A stretch of DNA of 64,000 nucleotides, from positions 7,938-71,937 of the IMG/VR virus record IMGVR_UViG_3300027708_000060. One strand, given 5' to 3'. A program made the position numbers and the translations under genes. The DNA is from a virus. Of this stretch, positions 8,833 to 17,615 are shown one piece after another. The notes under the pieces were generated by a model, which had not been told where the DNA came from, searched no databases, and saw only the letters and a list, made by a program, of their open reading frames with translations. Numbering within the stretch: the first letter of the stretch is position 1; each line of letters begins with the position of its first letter.

Positions 8833-9411
8833 CTATTCGTATAGTCCGAGTTTTTTACGGTTTTGTTCTACTACAAAAGTCTTAGCTGGGCAAAAGTCGC
8901 ACAAGTATACCTTTGTGCCACCAGATTTTGCTGCAGTTTCAAGACCGAGTTCTTTTCTAGCTTCTGCTGTGCTTTTTGGTACCAAGCGCTTGCTTTCAAC
9001 TTTCCAATCATAACATCCCTCTACAGGACGTAAGTGTAGATTAAAGCACTTCATAGCATCATCAAAGAATGTTGCCTTGGTCGTATAGTAATCAGGATCT
9101 ATATCAGCTAAGCCGCCACCGACCTTGTTACGAAGGTTTTCAATAATCTGCTTACGTACCTCAGGACGAGAGTACAGCTTAACTCCCACTTTAGATAAAA
9201 ATCCGCTATGTGGAATTCCTGCAGATTCATGACGATCAATCAAAACCTGAAGAGTTACGTCGTCATCTGGATGACCTTCAAAGTCTGGAAGCTCTTCAAT
9301 TGATTTGCAGTTATAGCAGTAGAGCAGACGAATCTTAGGACCGTCGTCCTTGATCTCTGTGTATGTTCCTTCATCGGCGTTGCCGCCTTGACCCAAAATT
9401 GGAATGGTCAT
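8833..9411 (-). CDS. hypothetical Cys/His-rich, probably zinc-binding, protein
   Basis: CYNC, H..H, C...H....C and CDFCP motifs. Confidence 0.65.
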   Translation of the reverse strand: MTIPILGQGGNADEGTYTEIKDDGPKIRLLYCYNCKSIEELPDFEGHPDDDVTLQVLIDRHESAGIPHSGFLSKVGVKLYSRPEVRKQIIENLRNKVGGGLADIDPDYYTTKATFFDDAMKCFNLHLRPVEGCYDWKVESKRLVPKSTAEARKELGLETAAKSGGTKVYLCDFCPAKTFVVEQNRKKLGLYE

Positions 9412-9457
9412 TTATTTACCCCACTTATCCCTCTATACAATATCGTACCACAAAATG

Positions 9458-10696
9458 CTAGCGGCCAGAACCACCGTTAAATTCTTCATTACGAGATAGG
9501 TAGCTTTGCCAATCTTCATCAGCATTAGCTTCCTTACGCTCTTCAAAGTCATTAGATCCGGCAGCGTTCTGTACATAAGATGAGAATGCGCCAGGACGGC
9601 GTGAAATAGGGAGGGCTTTTTGCTTCTTACCCTTGTTTTTAGCTTCAAACTCTTTTTGCATTTGCTGGCCCTTAACATGCTCTACGACATGCTTAGGCTG
9701 AACTACGCCTTCACCATGATTCTCAATGATGGCACGCCAAATATCTTTATCTAAATATGTACCGTGCTTCTTGGCTTCCTTAGCTACAGACATAACCTTT
9801 TCAATAGGTGCTTCTCCTGGAGCAGCATCTTTTTTAGCTACATAGTTACCCTTAGCAATAGGCTTACGCTTGCCTTTAGCAGCTTCACCAAGAGGCTTGT
9901 AAAAACGTGTGAGCTTTCCCGCTTTATTTTTTACGTAACCCTTTGAATAATCTCTACGTTCTTCTTCAGACTCACCGATTTTTTGTAGCTCTTCAGCTGT
10001 ACGGCCGCCCTTACCGGAACGAGCACGCTCTAGAGCTGTTTCTAATGCAGTAGCTTTAAACTCAGGAGTTCTTTCTATGCCCTTAGTTGTACCTGGAGTA
10101 CGGCCTGGACCAGCGTAGCCGGCCTTAGTCTCTACCCAAGAACGCTCATCTTCTGGGCTAATACCTTTACCAAAGACCATATATGCAGACATAAGAGCTC
10201 TTTTATCATTCCTCATACCAGCTTCTTCTCCAATTTGACGAGTAGCTACGTCTGGAGTAATTGCTTCTGGAGATTTTACGTATGTATCTGGGTTCTTTTT
10301 ACGCCATGTGGCAAGATGTTCTTGTTCTTCTGAAAGGCAGCTTGCGCATAGTGGATAGCCTACGCCACCTTCTACGCTAGTAGATGGGGTATGAAAGATG
10401 TGAGTTGCTTTAGGATGTCCTTGATTCTTATTTGCGTTAAAGCAAGGAAGCCCTTGATCAGACTTGCGGCGCTGTGTGATAGCTGTAGTTTTTAAAGCTG
10501 CAGAAGTTCCTGATTCAGGGTTGCTTGGAAATACTTCAATGCTCTTCTGCTTAGCACGATGCTTAGGTTCACGGAGAATTTCTTCTCCTTGAATGTTTTC
10601 GCCTTCATCGCCACGATCATCTTCAGGATCAAAGGCAGAACGATAACCTTTACCGGCATGTGTTTTAGCAAAGCTTAGAATCTCTTCTGCCGACAT
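9458..10696 (-). CDS. hypothetical low-complexity basic protein with one zinc-finger-like motif
   Basis: 412-aa ORF; C...H...CASC; K/E/G-rich. Confidence 0.65.
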   Translation of the reverse strand: MSAEEILSFAKTHAGKGYRSAFDPEDDRGDEGENIQGEEILREPKHRAKQKSIEVFPSNPESGTSAALKTTAITQRRKSDQGLPCFNANKNQGHPKATHIFHTPSTSVEGGVGYPLCASCLSEEQEHLATWRKKNPDTYVKSPEAITPDVATRQIGEEAGMRNDKRALMSAYMVFGKGISPEDERSWVETKAGYAGPGRTPGTTKGIERTPEFKATALETALERARSGKGGRTAEELQKIGESEEERRDYSKGYVKNKAGKLTRFYKPLGEAAKGKRKPIAKGNYVAKKDAAPGEAPIEKVMSVAKEAKKHGTYLDKDIWRAIIENHGEGVVQPKHVVEHVKGQQMQKEFEAKNKGKKQKALPISRRPGAFSSYVQNAAGSNDFEERKEANADEDWQSYLSRNEEFNGGSGR

Positions 10697-10698
10697 AG

Positions 10699-10905
10699 TT
10701 ACTTCTTCCCGTATAAGTTCTTTACCTTAGGATCTTTTTCACCTTCAAGGACAGGTTTATTACGAAGCCCTTTAACACCAGTTAGCTCTGTGTCATCAGG
10801 TACTCCGCTAGCTGCCACAGCTTTCATAATTTCTTCAGAAGAAATAACACCAGTGCGAAATTTTACGTGGGGTCGCTTAAATTCTCTGCGGGGTACTGTA
10901 GCCAT
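10699..10905 (-). CDS. hypothetical protein
   Basis: tightly packed ORF in operon. Confidence 0.55.
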   Translation of the reverse strand: MATVPRREFKRPHVKFRTGVISSEEIMKAVAASGVPDDTELTGVKGLRNKPVLEGEKDPKVKNLYGKK

Positions 10906-10907
10906 TA

Positions 10908-11192
10908 TTAATCCTTTGTTGGGTCTTTCATGTTAATCATACGATCAACAGACTCATCGCCTGCTTTCATATTACGCTTAATCTGCTGATCACGTAAAGA
11001 ATGAATTTTTGCTTCTTGTTGCCCTACATCAAAATGTTCTTGCCTTAGCGGCTCTTCTGCTACAGGTTCTTTTGTTTCATGGGTGTCCTGCTCAGGTTCA
11101 AACAATGCATCTTTAGCTTTATTTACGGAATGCCGAAAGCGCATAGCTCTAGTCATAGGAAATTTGACTACATTGTCTGGAGTTTCTTCCAC
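10908..11192 (-). CDS. hypothetical protein
   Basis: GTG start; tightly packed. Confidence 0.55.
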   Translation of the reverse strand: MEETPDNVVKFPMTRAMRFRHSVNKAKDALFEPEQDTHETKEPVAEEPLRQEHFDVGQQEAKIHSLRDQQIKRNMKAGDESVDRMINMKDPTKD

Positions 11193-11196
11193 AATA

Positions 11197-11475
11197 TTAG
11201 TATGTACCTAACATCTGATCATTAGAGATGTGAGCTACAGGCATAGCTGCACGAGGTGTTGAATTAGCCTCGTCAGATCCTGGAGCAACCTTGTTAGGTG
11301 TCTCTTGATCAATAAAATCATAGTTCCAGTATGGGTGTAGTCCACGGCGATTGGCTAGAGTAATATCTTCGCCTGTACCTGGAGCAACAGTTGTATTAGG
11401 ACGTACCTTGCGGTACTTTCCATCTGTGGCGCCTTCATTAACGCTTTGGTTAAGTGATTTATTCTCTGTGCGCAT
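11197..11475 (-). CDS. hypothetical protein
   Basis: AAGGA RBS; intact ORF. Confidence 0.6.
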   Translation of the reverse strand: MRTENKSLNQSVNEGATDGKYRKVRPNTTVAPGTGEDITLANRRGLHPYWNYDFIDQETPNKVAPGSDEANSTPRAAMPVAHISNDQMLGTY

Positions 11476-11483
11476 AGTTATCC

Positions 11484-11960
11484 TTAGTGTTTGTTATATT
11501 CTGGTAAATACTTTTTAGTTGTTGGAATTTCTTTTGATTGCCCACCAGCTGGAGATTTTGGCTTTATCTTAGGTACTATAGGTGAACCGCCATTTGGTTT
11601 ATCATCATCATCATAAGGACGATGTGGTTTACGACGTTTAGCACTGTCTTCATCTTTAAACCAACTATCCTCCTGGGAAGAGTTAGGCTTTGATTTAGGT
11701 GTTTCAATTACTGGAGTTGGTTTTGGCTTTGGCTTTGGCTTAGTATATGGGCCATGATCATGCCAATAACGATGTCCTTCGTGATCACCAAAATCAGTTT
11801 TAGGTTTAGGGCTACCTGATTCAGGTTTCTTAGGCTCTACCTTATCAGCAGTACGAGGAATAACATGAACAGATGGCTTGTTCAAATCCCATTTGTTTCC
11901 ACGGATTGCTTCTCCAACACGCTTAGTGTTGTGCTCTCTACGCTTCTTGTTTAGATCCAT
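11484..11960 (-). CDS. hypothetical Lys/Pro-rich disordered protein
   Basis: KPKPKPKP tracts; TAATG coupling. Confidence 0.6.
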   Translation of the reverse strand: MDLNKKRREHNTKRVGEAIRGNKWDLNKPSVHVIPRTADKVEPKKPESGSPKPKTDFGDHEGHRYWHDHGPYTKPKPKPKPTPVIETPKSKPNSSQEDSWFKDEDSAKRRKPHRPYDDDDKPNGGSPIVPKIKPKSPAGGQSKEIPTTKKYLPEYNKH

Positions 11961-12115
11961 TACTTTTTCTTCGCTTTCTTTTTATCTGTCGGTTTAGCTG
12001 AAGCCTTGGCTTTAGCCTCAATTTGAGCCTTACGTTCAGGAGTCATGACTTTAAGTTTTTCAACTTTATAGTCCATATCCTTGCCATGAGGATCTTTGAT
12101 ACGCATCTTTGCCAT
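11960..12115 (-). CDS. 51-aa Lys-rich microprotein (not in the ORF track)
   Basis: MAKMRIKDPHGKDMDYKVEKLKVMTPERKAQIEAKAKASAKPTDKKKAKKK; AGGA RBS; TAATG coupling. Confidence 0.6.
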   Translation of the reverse strand: MAKMRIKDPHGKDMDYKVEKLKVMTPERKAQIEAKAKASAKPTDKKKAKKK

Positions 12116-12130
12116 GGTGTCATTATTCCT

Positions 12131-12334
12131 TTATTTTGCTTTTGTGTCAGGACTATGGTGTTTTCTAACACGTGGACGGGTAACTTTTTTACCCCTAGCG
12201 TGGCTGGTCTTCTGGCGACGCTTTGTGGAGGCTGACTTGCTGCCTGGATTTAAGCTGGAAGATTGTCCGGAGACCCAAAGGCCTGCGGCTTTCTTATTCC
12301 AGCTATCTACTGAGGTGAATTGTCTACTCTGCAC
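12131..12334 (-). CDS. small basic protein
   Basis: R/K-rich ORF filling the operon gap. Confidence 0.5.
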   Translation of the reverse strand: MQSRQFTSVDSWNKKAAGLWVSGQSSSLNPGSKSASTKRRQKTSHARGKKVTRPRVRKHHSPDTKAK

Positions 12335-12500
12335 GGCTAGCCATCAAACTCTTAGAATGCTTCTCATAGTTAGCGTTACGGCAATAAGGGCATAGACCAT
12401 CATCACTGTACATAGCTTCTAGAGGAGTCATTGGGTACCCGCAGTTCTTACAAACTAAAGTACCATCATAGATAGTGGTAGTTGAGATATCTTCAGCCAT
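12324..12500 (-). CDS. small zinc-ribbon protein
   Basis: CKNC...CPYC. Confidence 0.6.
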   Translation of the reverse strand: MAEDISTTTIYDGTLVCKNCGYPMTPLEAMYSDDGLCPYCRNANYEKHSKSLMASRAE

Positions 12501-12819
12501 TTGCGGTGCACTCACAAGCGCCTTGAGCTGTCTTAAGAGTCTCGCACTTGCGGCAAACGCCAGATGAATGCAGAACATGATCTGGAATTCTGTGAGTTCC
12601 TGCTGGGGTCATAACAGAATCAATCTTGCCGCCTGTGGTCCAGCGGGTAACAGTCTTTGGATCTACGCTGTAGATAGCCGCTACTTGTGAAGGAGTATAA
12701 AGCTTAGGCTTCTTCATAGCAGAAGACTTATTAGTTCCTGGTGTACGTGCTGCTGGAGCTGCTGGAGCTGCTGGAGCTGCTGGAGCTGCAGGTGCAGCTT
12801 TCTTTTTTCTAGGTGCCAT
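12493..12819 (-). CDS. BldC-like (MerR/Xis winged-HTH) DNA-binding protein with N-terminal APA repeats and C-terminal Cys motif
   Basis: YTPSQVAAIYSVDPKTVTRWTTGGKIDSVMTPAGTHR closely matches the BldC pattern LTPAEVA..F.VDPKTVTRWA..GK..S..T.GGHRR. Confidence 0.8.
   Translation of the reverse strand: MAPRKKKAAPAAPAAPAAPAAPAARTPGTNKSSAMKKPKLYTPSQVAAIYSVDPKTVTRWTTGGKIDSVMTPAGTHRIPDHVLHSSGVCRKCETLKTAQGACECTANG
12752..12796. repeat. 9-bp tandem repeat (GCTGGAGCT x4 plus one degenerate copy) encoding (APA)n
   Basis: directly visible in sequence. Confidence 0.9.
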
Positions 12820-13178
12820 TACCACACACTTTCTGAGACGTTACGGGCTGTACCAGAGTACGAACCATTTTCACGTGTGAAGTCCACACGAGTTGGGTAG
12901 AACTCTTCGTTCACATCCATCACGTCCATGATACCAAGTGCACGAGTGCGGTACCCAAAACGTGGTGGAAATAATTGTACCTGAGGTAGAGGTGGGCGAA
13001 CTAAATCTTGTAGCAAAGCTGCTGGCATTGTAGCTGAGCGAAGTGCCCGCACCATAAAAGCTTCTTGTGCGTTAGCAAAAGGCCCCATGTAGTCATAGCG
13101 TAATAGCGATGCATCTGGATCTTCGCTAACAACTGGACGACCCTTACTATGGTCATAGACGCCATCTTGGTGTTGCAT
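12819..13178 (-). CDS. hypothetical protein
   Basis: TAATG coupling on both sides. Confidence 0.6.
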   Translation of the reverse strand: MQHQDGVYDHSKGRPVVSEDPDASLLRYDYMGPFANAQEAFMVRALRSATMPAALLQDLVRPPLPQVQLFPPRFGYRTRALGIMDVMDVNEEFYPTRVDFTRENGSYSGTARNVSESVW

Positions 13179-13402
13179 TAGGCCCTCCCGTGAAGTTTAC
13201 GTATCTTATGTTCTACCATACCCATTTTAAATGAGCCTATTCTTCCAATATCTTTTTTAATGCCATGTAAACGAGCATCGTTGCAGTGACTGCAAGTATT
13301 ACCATGGCCCATATCTCTAATACCGGCCATACCGTCAGTGTGCTCATGCGCAAAGTTTTCTCCCTCGTCGTAATACTCTGCTGAAGGTGCGTCCCAACCC
13401 AT
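13178..13402 (-). CDS. hypothetical protein with His/CxxC motif
   Basis: HGNTCSHC; TAATG coupling. Confidence 0.55.
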   Translation of the reverse strand: MGWDAPSAEYYDEGENFAHEHTDGMAGIRDMGHGNTCSHCNDARLHGIKKDIGRIGSFKMGMVEHKIRKLHGRA

Positions 13403-13947
13403 TATTGCCACCTTGGTTTCATATGCTGAAAGTTTTGTCCGGTGCGAGGATTAAATTCTGCAGGCACGTTAGATGAAATATTTGCTTTACCATCATTAAC
13501 TAACTGTGGAGCTGGAGCTAATGCCATTTTAGGAGCATTACGCTTGTTCAGATAGACCACTGCCCCGTCGACCTCAGTCAAGTGGTAGTTTTTCTTATTG
13601 AGTCTTCTATCTGGTTGAAAGTTCTCTGGCCATAAATATTGGGCGGGATCGATACGTTCTCCACGGTGAACACCACGTTGATACGCACGTTGGTTCTGTC
13701 GATTCTTAAGTGAATCTAAAACTGTGTCGCCTATTGAGTAAGGCTTTCCTTTATCGTCACGGCGTGTACGAATTGTTCCAAGGTAACCGTCAGGATATTC
13801 TGCTTGAGGAGCACGGCCCACACCAATACGAAGAAAGTCCATAGCACTACGAGGTACGACTGGGGTTCCACCACCGCCGGTGGTTGTATATGCGCCGATA
13901 TATCCGCTGGCTCCTAGGTACTGCCAGTTATTATGAGAGTTAGGCAT
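13402..13947 (-). CDS. hypothetical protein
   Basis: intact coupled ORF; AEYPDGYLGTI and YQRGVHRGERID segments. Confidence 0.65.
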   Translation of the reverse strand: MPNSHNNWQYLGASGYIGAYTTTGGGGTPVVPRSAMDFLRIGVGRAPQAEYPDGYLGTIRTRRDDKGKPYSIGDTVLDSLKNRQNQRAYQRGVHRGERIDPAQYLWPENFQPDRRLNKKNYHLTEVDGAVVYLNKRNAPKMALAPAPQLVNDGKANISSNVPAEFNPRTGQNFQHMKPRWQ

Positions 13948-14204
13948 TAGTGTCCTGCCTCCCATTGATCAAAGTCTTGAGCTTGTCTATGCCTATTATA
14001 ACTATCCGTGTACTTTTTTGGTAGATGAGATAGATCTGGAACATCATCACTATTATTAGCGAGGTATTGTACTTCATTTTGAATACATTCATCACAAGCT
14101 AGAGCTGATCTGTGCTTACCTTGAGGAATTCTGTAAACAGGCACGGTATTTTTACCATAGTGGTCTTCAGGCATACCACAGAAGTCGCATTCTCTTGAGC
14201 TCAT
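13947..14204 (-). CDS. hypothetical zinc-finger protein
   Basis: CDFC...CDEC; TATGAT 6 nt upstream of ATG. Confidence 0.6.
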   Translation of the reverse strand: MSSRECDFCGMPEDHYGKNTVPVYRIPQGKHRSALACDECIQNEVQYLANNSDDVPDLSHLPKKYTDSYNRHRQAQDFDQWEAGH

Positions 14205-14225
14205 GCCCCCATCATACCCTTAAAA

Positions 14226-14255
14226 GCAAAAGGCCGGGGTGTGTATCCCCGGCCG
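14226..14255 (-). terminator. intrinsic terminator after the lysis genes
   Basis: GGCCGGGG-loop-CCCCGGCC followed by TTTTGCTTTT on the minus strand. Confidence 0.85.
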
Positions 14256-14269
14256 ATTGCGTTTAATGA

Positions 14270-14464
14270 TTACTTTGAAGCGCCGATACCGAATGCGGCG
14301 TCCTTTGGATTTAGGAAGCGTAGAACTACTGGAAGTAGTGCTGCTACTCCGCCCATGGCTACAGCCTTGGCGTCGTGGTTTCCGGACATATAAACAGCAA
14401 GAGCTGCTGCTAAGAATGAGCGGGCCCATGAGGCTGCCATTGCTTGGATTTGCGTTGTGTTCAT
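14270..14464 (-). CDS. putative holin
   Basis: 64 aa, two hydrophobic segments, SWARSFLAA...LRFLNP.D..FG pattern; directly after the endolysin. Confidence 0.65.
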   Translation of the reverse strand: MNTTQIQAMAASWARSFLAAALAVYMSGNHDAKAVAMGGVAALLPVVLRFLNPKDAAFGIGASK

Positions 14465-14524
14465 GTTTCTCCTTGTTTAGGTTAATCCCCTTTAGGGGCT
14501 ATATCTATTCTACAGGGAAAAGTA

Positions 14525-15070
14525 TTAGTTTGTCCAATTTGGATGGCCAAAACCAACTACAAATGGTAACAAACCGCGTTTATTTGCTTTAAACGCACGA
14601 ATACGTTGAGCACATTCTCCACCATTTGCTTGGCTACCTGTGGCCTTATGCTCAGGGGAGGTGTTTCCTTCGATAGTAGTTATAGTGCCATCGCCATTGT
14701 CTTTAACCACAATGCCGACATGCTCTACTTCTGCCCCACCCTTTACAAAATCAAAATAAACAAGATCTCCAGGTTGTGGTTTTGCAGTTGCTGCATCAGA
14801 CCATTTTTTATTAGCTTTAAATGCTGATGCTCCTGAAGGTGTAAAAACTGTATTAGGAATTTTTACTCCAGATTCATTTGCTACCCACATACAAAAACTT
14901 CCGCACCATGCTTGAAAGTTGGCCTTAGTAAATGCACCATAAATAGTTTCATTATCTTTAGGCCCCTCAATAACACCAACTTGAGATGCAGCTACTTCTA
15001 AAAAACGAGCTGCTGAACCTGTCGGATGTGTTGTAACAGGTGGTACTGGTTTTGCTACTGCTGTTGTCAT
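14525..15070 (-). CDS. CHAP-domain endolysin
   Basis: AWCGSF, PGDLVYF, HVGIV and TIEGNT motifs. Confidence 0.88.
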   Translation of the reverse strand: MTTAVAKPVPPVTTHPTGSAARFLEVAASQVGVIEGPKDNETIYGAFTKANFQAWCGSFCMWVANESGVKIPNTVFTPSGASAFKANKKWSDAATAKPQPGDLVYFDFVKGGAEVEHVGIVVKDNGDGTITTIEGNTSPEHKATGSQANGGECAQRIRAFKANKRGLLPFVVGFGHPNWTN

Positions 15071-15071
15071 A

Positions 15072-15398
15072 TTAGTCACCCTCTTCTACGTGTTGTTCAA
15101 ACCGGCCTTCCAACTTGGAAACCGAATTTTTAATTTTATCTTGATTAGATTTAAGATCCACTAACATAGGAATAATTTCTAAATTAATTTTATCATGAAT
15201 TGAAGATCCATGGTTAGGGGTCATCTCAGTCTTAATAACTTTAATATCTGACATACTTTCGTCAATCACATGGTGTATTGCTTTTTTAGCAACAAACCAT
15301 AGAACGCTAACTACTCCAGCGCTAACAAAAAAGTAAGAATAAATTACTGTTGCCCAGTCTGAAGTCGTCATATATCTCTCCGGATTTTGTAGTGACAA
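15072..15398 (-). CDS. membrane protein with coiled coil, lysis-associated
   Basis: one TM helix then PNHGSSIHD and a coiled coil ending LEGRFEQH; directly before the endolysin. Confidence 0.6.
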   Translation of the reverse strand: MSLQNPERYMTTSDWATVIYSYFFVSAGVVSVLWFVAKKAIHHVIDESMSDIKVIKTEMTPNHGSSIHDKINLEIIPMLVDLKSNQDKIKNSVSKLEGRFEQHVEEGD

Positions 15399-15465
15399 TA
15401 AAGATAGTATGCCGACAAAAATACACCTTGTAATGTTAAACTATCTATGAGCATAGAAGGAGCTA

Positions 15466-15747
15466 ATGATGAGTAAAATATATAACACGATTATGCGGAT
15501 TGTGGCAGTATTTGCATCTAGTGGTTTATCTGTAATTGGTGCGGGTGCTTTAGTTGGAATTAGTACACTTAAAGTTGTAGCAATAGCTGGGATTACAGGT
15601 GTAGCCACAGTTGTTGAACGTCTTGCTCGTTCTTTTTTAGACGACGGTAAACTAGATCAAGATGAAATTGATGCTGCTTTCTCTCAGATTGACTCAAAAG
15701 CTAAAACTGAAGCAGATCTGATATTAGAGCAAAAAAAAGTTAAGTAG
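15466..15747 (+). CDS. small membrane protein (holin/antiholin-like) on the opposite strand
   Basis: two hydrophobic segments, LARSFLDDGKLDQDEIDAAF; AAGGAG RBS; TGnTAAACT upstream. Confidence 0.65.
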   Translation: MMSKIYNTIMRIVAVFASSGLSVIGAGALVGISTLKVVAIAGITGVATVVERLARSFLDDGKLDQDEIDAAFSQIDSKAKTEADLILEQKKVK

Positions 15748-15748
15748 T

Positions 15749-15781
15749 AAAAAGCCCCCTATCGCTAGGGGGCTTTTTTTA
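15749..15781. terminator. bidirectional intrinsic terminator
   Basis: AAAAAGCCCCCTA-tcgc-TAGGGGGCTTTTTTT. Confidence 0.9.
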
Positions 15782-16936
15782 TTATAGTGGGTTACCCGTT
15801 ACATCCACGGTAGAATGAATTTCTTGCCCACGATACATGGTTTTACCCTTATGAATATGTACTTGATCAAAGTGGAAGCTATCATCATCTCCATCTTTAA
15901 AGAAGATAACGCTTACTCCTTGTTGCCAGTTTTCAAAGTACTGTAAAGCTTGGCCCTTACCATCCACGCCACCTTTTACAGATGGGACCGCACCATCAAC
16001 CCGGCATAGGCATCCTGGGCTAAAAGATACACTCTTAATTGCCTGGTCACGATCAAATACCGTCTTGCTTTGCTGTTCCATACGATGCGTATGACCAAAT
16101 AAGGTTGAGATGTTAGGATTCGAGTTGGCATATTGCGCCGCAGTAGAACCACTAGAGTTAGCACGGTCACCGTGCATAGCACGCAAACGCTTATTAATCC
16201 AATGAGCTGCAGCAGGGTATCCATCGATAAATTCCACTCCTAGTTCTTCACAACGTAATAGATTTTGTAGGCTTAGCACTGGCCAAGACTCAGGCATGTT
16301 AGCTACCTTAATTCCGTATGCTGATGCGGCATTGTTATTGATAAACATGCTGAGTCGCTTATCATGATTACCTTCAAGCAGAATGATGCGGGCATATGCT
16401 CCTGCTTCAGCACGTTGCTGAGCAAGGAAGAGGTGACCACGATCAATAGCAAGCTGGGCAGTATGGGCAAAGTTAGGCTCTTGGTCATACTTACCATACA
16501 TAGGTAGATCTAAGAAATCCCCAAGGTTAATTACCTGGGCTAGTGGGTGACCGTGGTCTAACCCTACAACTTGTAACGCCACATCCATAGCAGATTCATC
16601 ATGGAATGGGTCTAAGGTACCATCTTCATATTTGCGATAACCGATCTGTGGATCTGGTAAAGCTACAGCAACTTTCCAGTCACTGCTTATCAAAGCAGGA
16701 GTGCGAACCTTTGGTTGCACCACTGTTGGGGCTGCCTGTTGTACTGGCTGCCACTCTGGTCCCTCGCTCCATTTGGGAGAAAGAATAATTTTTGTATCAT
16801 CTGGATTAGTAGAAAGGCTAACCTTACTAATCTTACCTACATCATCAGGTGTAAGACCGTTGGCCTTAAGTAGTTTATCTATAGAGCTTAGAGCTCCATC
16901 TGCTTTAGCGGTATTGTATGAGTCTTCTAGTGACAT
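15782..16936 (-). CDS. calcineurin-like metallophosphoesterase
   Basis: LPDPQ, NLGDFLD, EGNHD, HGD and GHTH motifs. Confidence 0.85.
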   Translation of the reverse strand: MSLEDSYNTAKADGALSSIDKLLKANGLTPDDVGKISKVSLSTNPDDTKIILSPKWSEGPEWQPVQQAAPTVVQPKVRTPALISSDWKVAVALPDPQIGYRKYEDGTLDPFHDESAMDVALQVVGLDHGHPLAQVINLGDFLDLPMYGKYDQEPNFAHTAQLAIDRGHLFLAQQRAEAGAYARIILLEGNHDKRLSMFINNNAASAYGIKVANMPESWPVLSLQNLLRCEELGVEFIDGYPAAAHWINKRLRAMHGDRANSSGSTAAQYANSNPNISTLFGHTHRMEQQSKTVFDRDQAIKSVSFSPGCLCRVDGAVPSVKGGVDGKGQALQYFENWQQGVSVIFFKDGDDDSFHFDQVHIHKGKTMYRGQEIHSTVDVTGNPL

Positions 16937-17166
16937 GTGCAGTTTCCATTTCTATGCTCTCTTAGAGAGGTTAGTCCGAATATTGCTCCAGCAGATTTAT
17001 AAAGATCAAATAGACTTCGTGTAGAAAAATCATCATCATTTAAAGATGTCTTGAATGCAGCCAGGTCTTTTTCATTCAGTGTGGTGGACCAAGCGCCTAC
17101 TACACACATACCTGCTACATAAGGGTTTGTTACTTTAGCTTCAGAATATAAAGAATCTAAGCTCAT
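16927..17166 (-). CDS. hypothetical protein
   Basis: AAGGAGG RBS; C...HRNGNCTC motif. Confidence 0.6.
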   Translation of the reverse strand: MSLDSLYSEAKVTNPYVAGMCVVGAWSTTLNEKDLAAFKTSLNDDDFSTRSLFDLYKSAGAIFGLTSLREHRNGNCTCH

Positions 17167-17185
17167 TGCTCCTCCTTGATTATTT

Positions 17186-17230
17186 AATAGAGGCCTACCT
17201 AAATAGGCCCCTATCAAACATTGTACTACA
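17186..17230 (-). promoter_or_regulatory. TACAAT -10 element followed by a 5' hairpin
   Basis: minus strand reads TGTAG-TACAAT-gtttg-ATAGGGGCCTA-tttagg-TAGGCCTCTAT. Confidence 0.5.
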
Positions 17231-17232
17231 TA

Positions 17233-17568
17233 TTAGTATGAAGATTCAATTCCAGCTGCAAAACCACGATGAGTAACTGGAGGAATGATTGGGCTGTTAG
17301 CCTGTGTCATACCTGCAGCTGGATCGTTTGGCTTTACAATGTTAGAAATGATTGTATGTGCAGCGCCATTACGCTCTGCCATTGTGTGAGAACGTGAAGG
17401 CTTAGCTTCGACTGTTGGGTCTCCTGCTTGAGCGCCCTTACGTGCCATAAGCTTTCCTGAAGAAGGATTAGCTGATGGTGATGTAAATGCAACTCCGCCA
17501 CGTCCCATTGAAGAGCGACCTTGTGTGTTCTCTGCTGCTACTGCAGCATCGATATCTGATTTTGCCAT
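17233..17568 (-). CDS. hypothetical low-complexity protein
   Basis: intact ORF. Confidence 0.6.
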   Translation of the reverse strand: MAKSDIDAAVAAENTQGRSSMGRGGVAFTSPSANPSSGKLMARKGAQAGDPTVEAKPSRSHTMAERNGAAHTIISNIVKPNDPAAGMTQANSPIIPPVTHRGFAAGIESSY

Positions 17569-17615
17569 AGTTGGTACCTAACTGTTAGAGGTGAGATCTC
17601 ATCTCAAATCTTATA

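Noticed and set aside
11715-11745. TTTGGC short tandem repeat
   Set aside because: Simply encodes a KPKPKP linker; no sign of separate function
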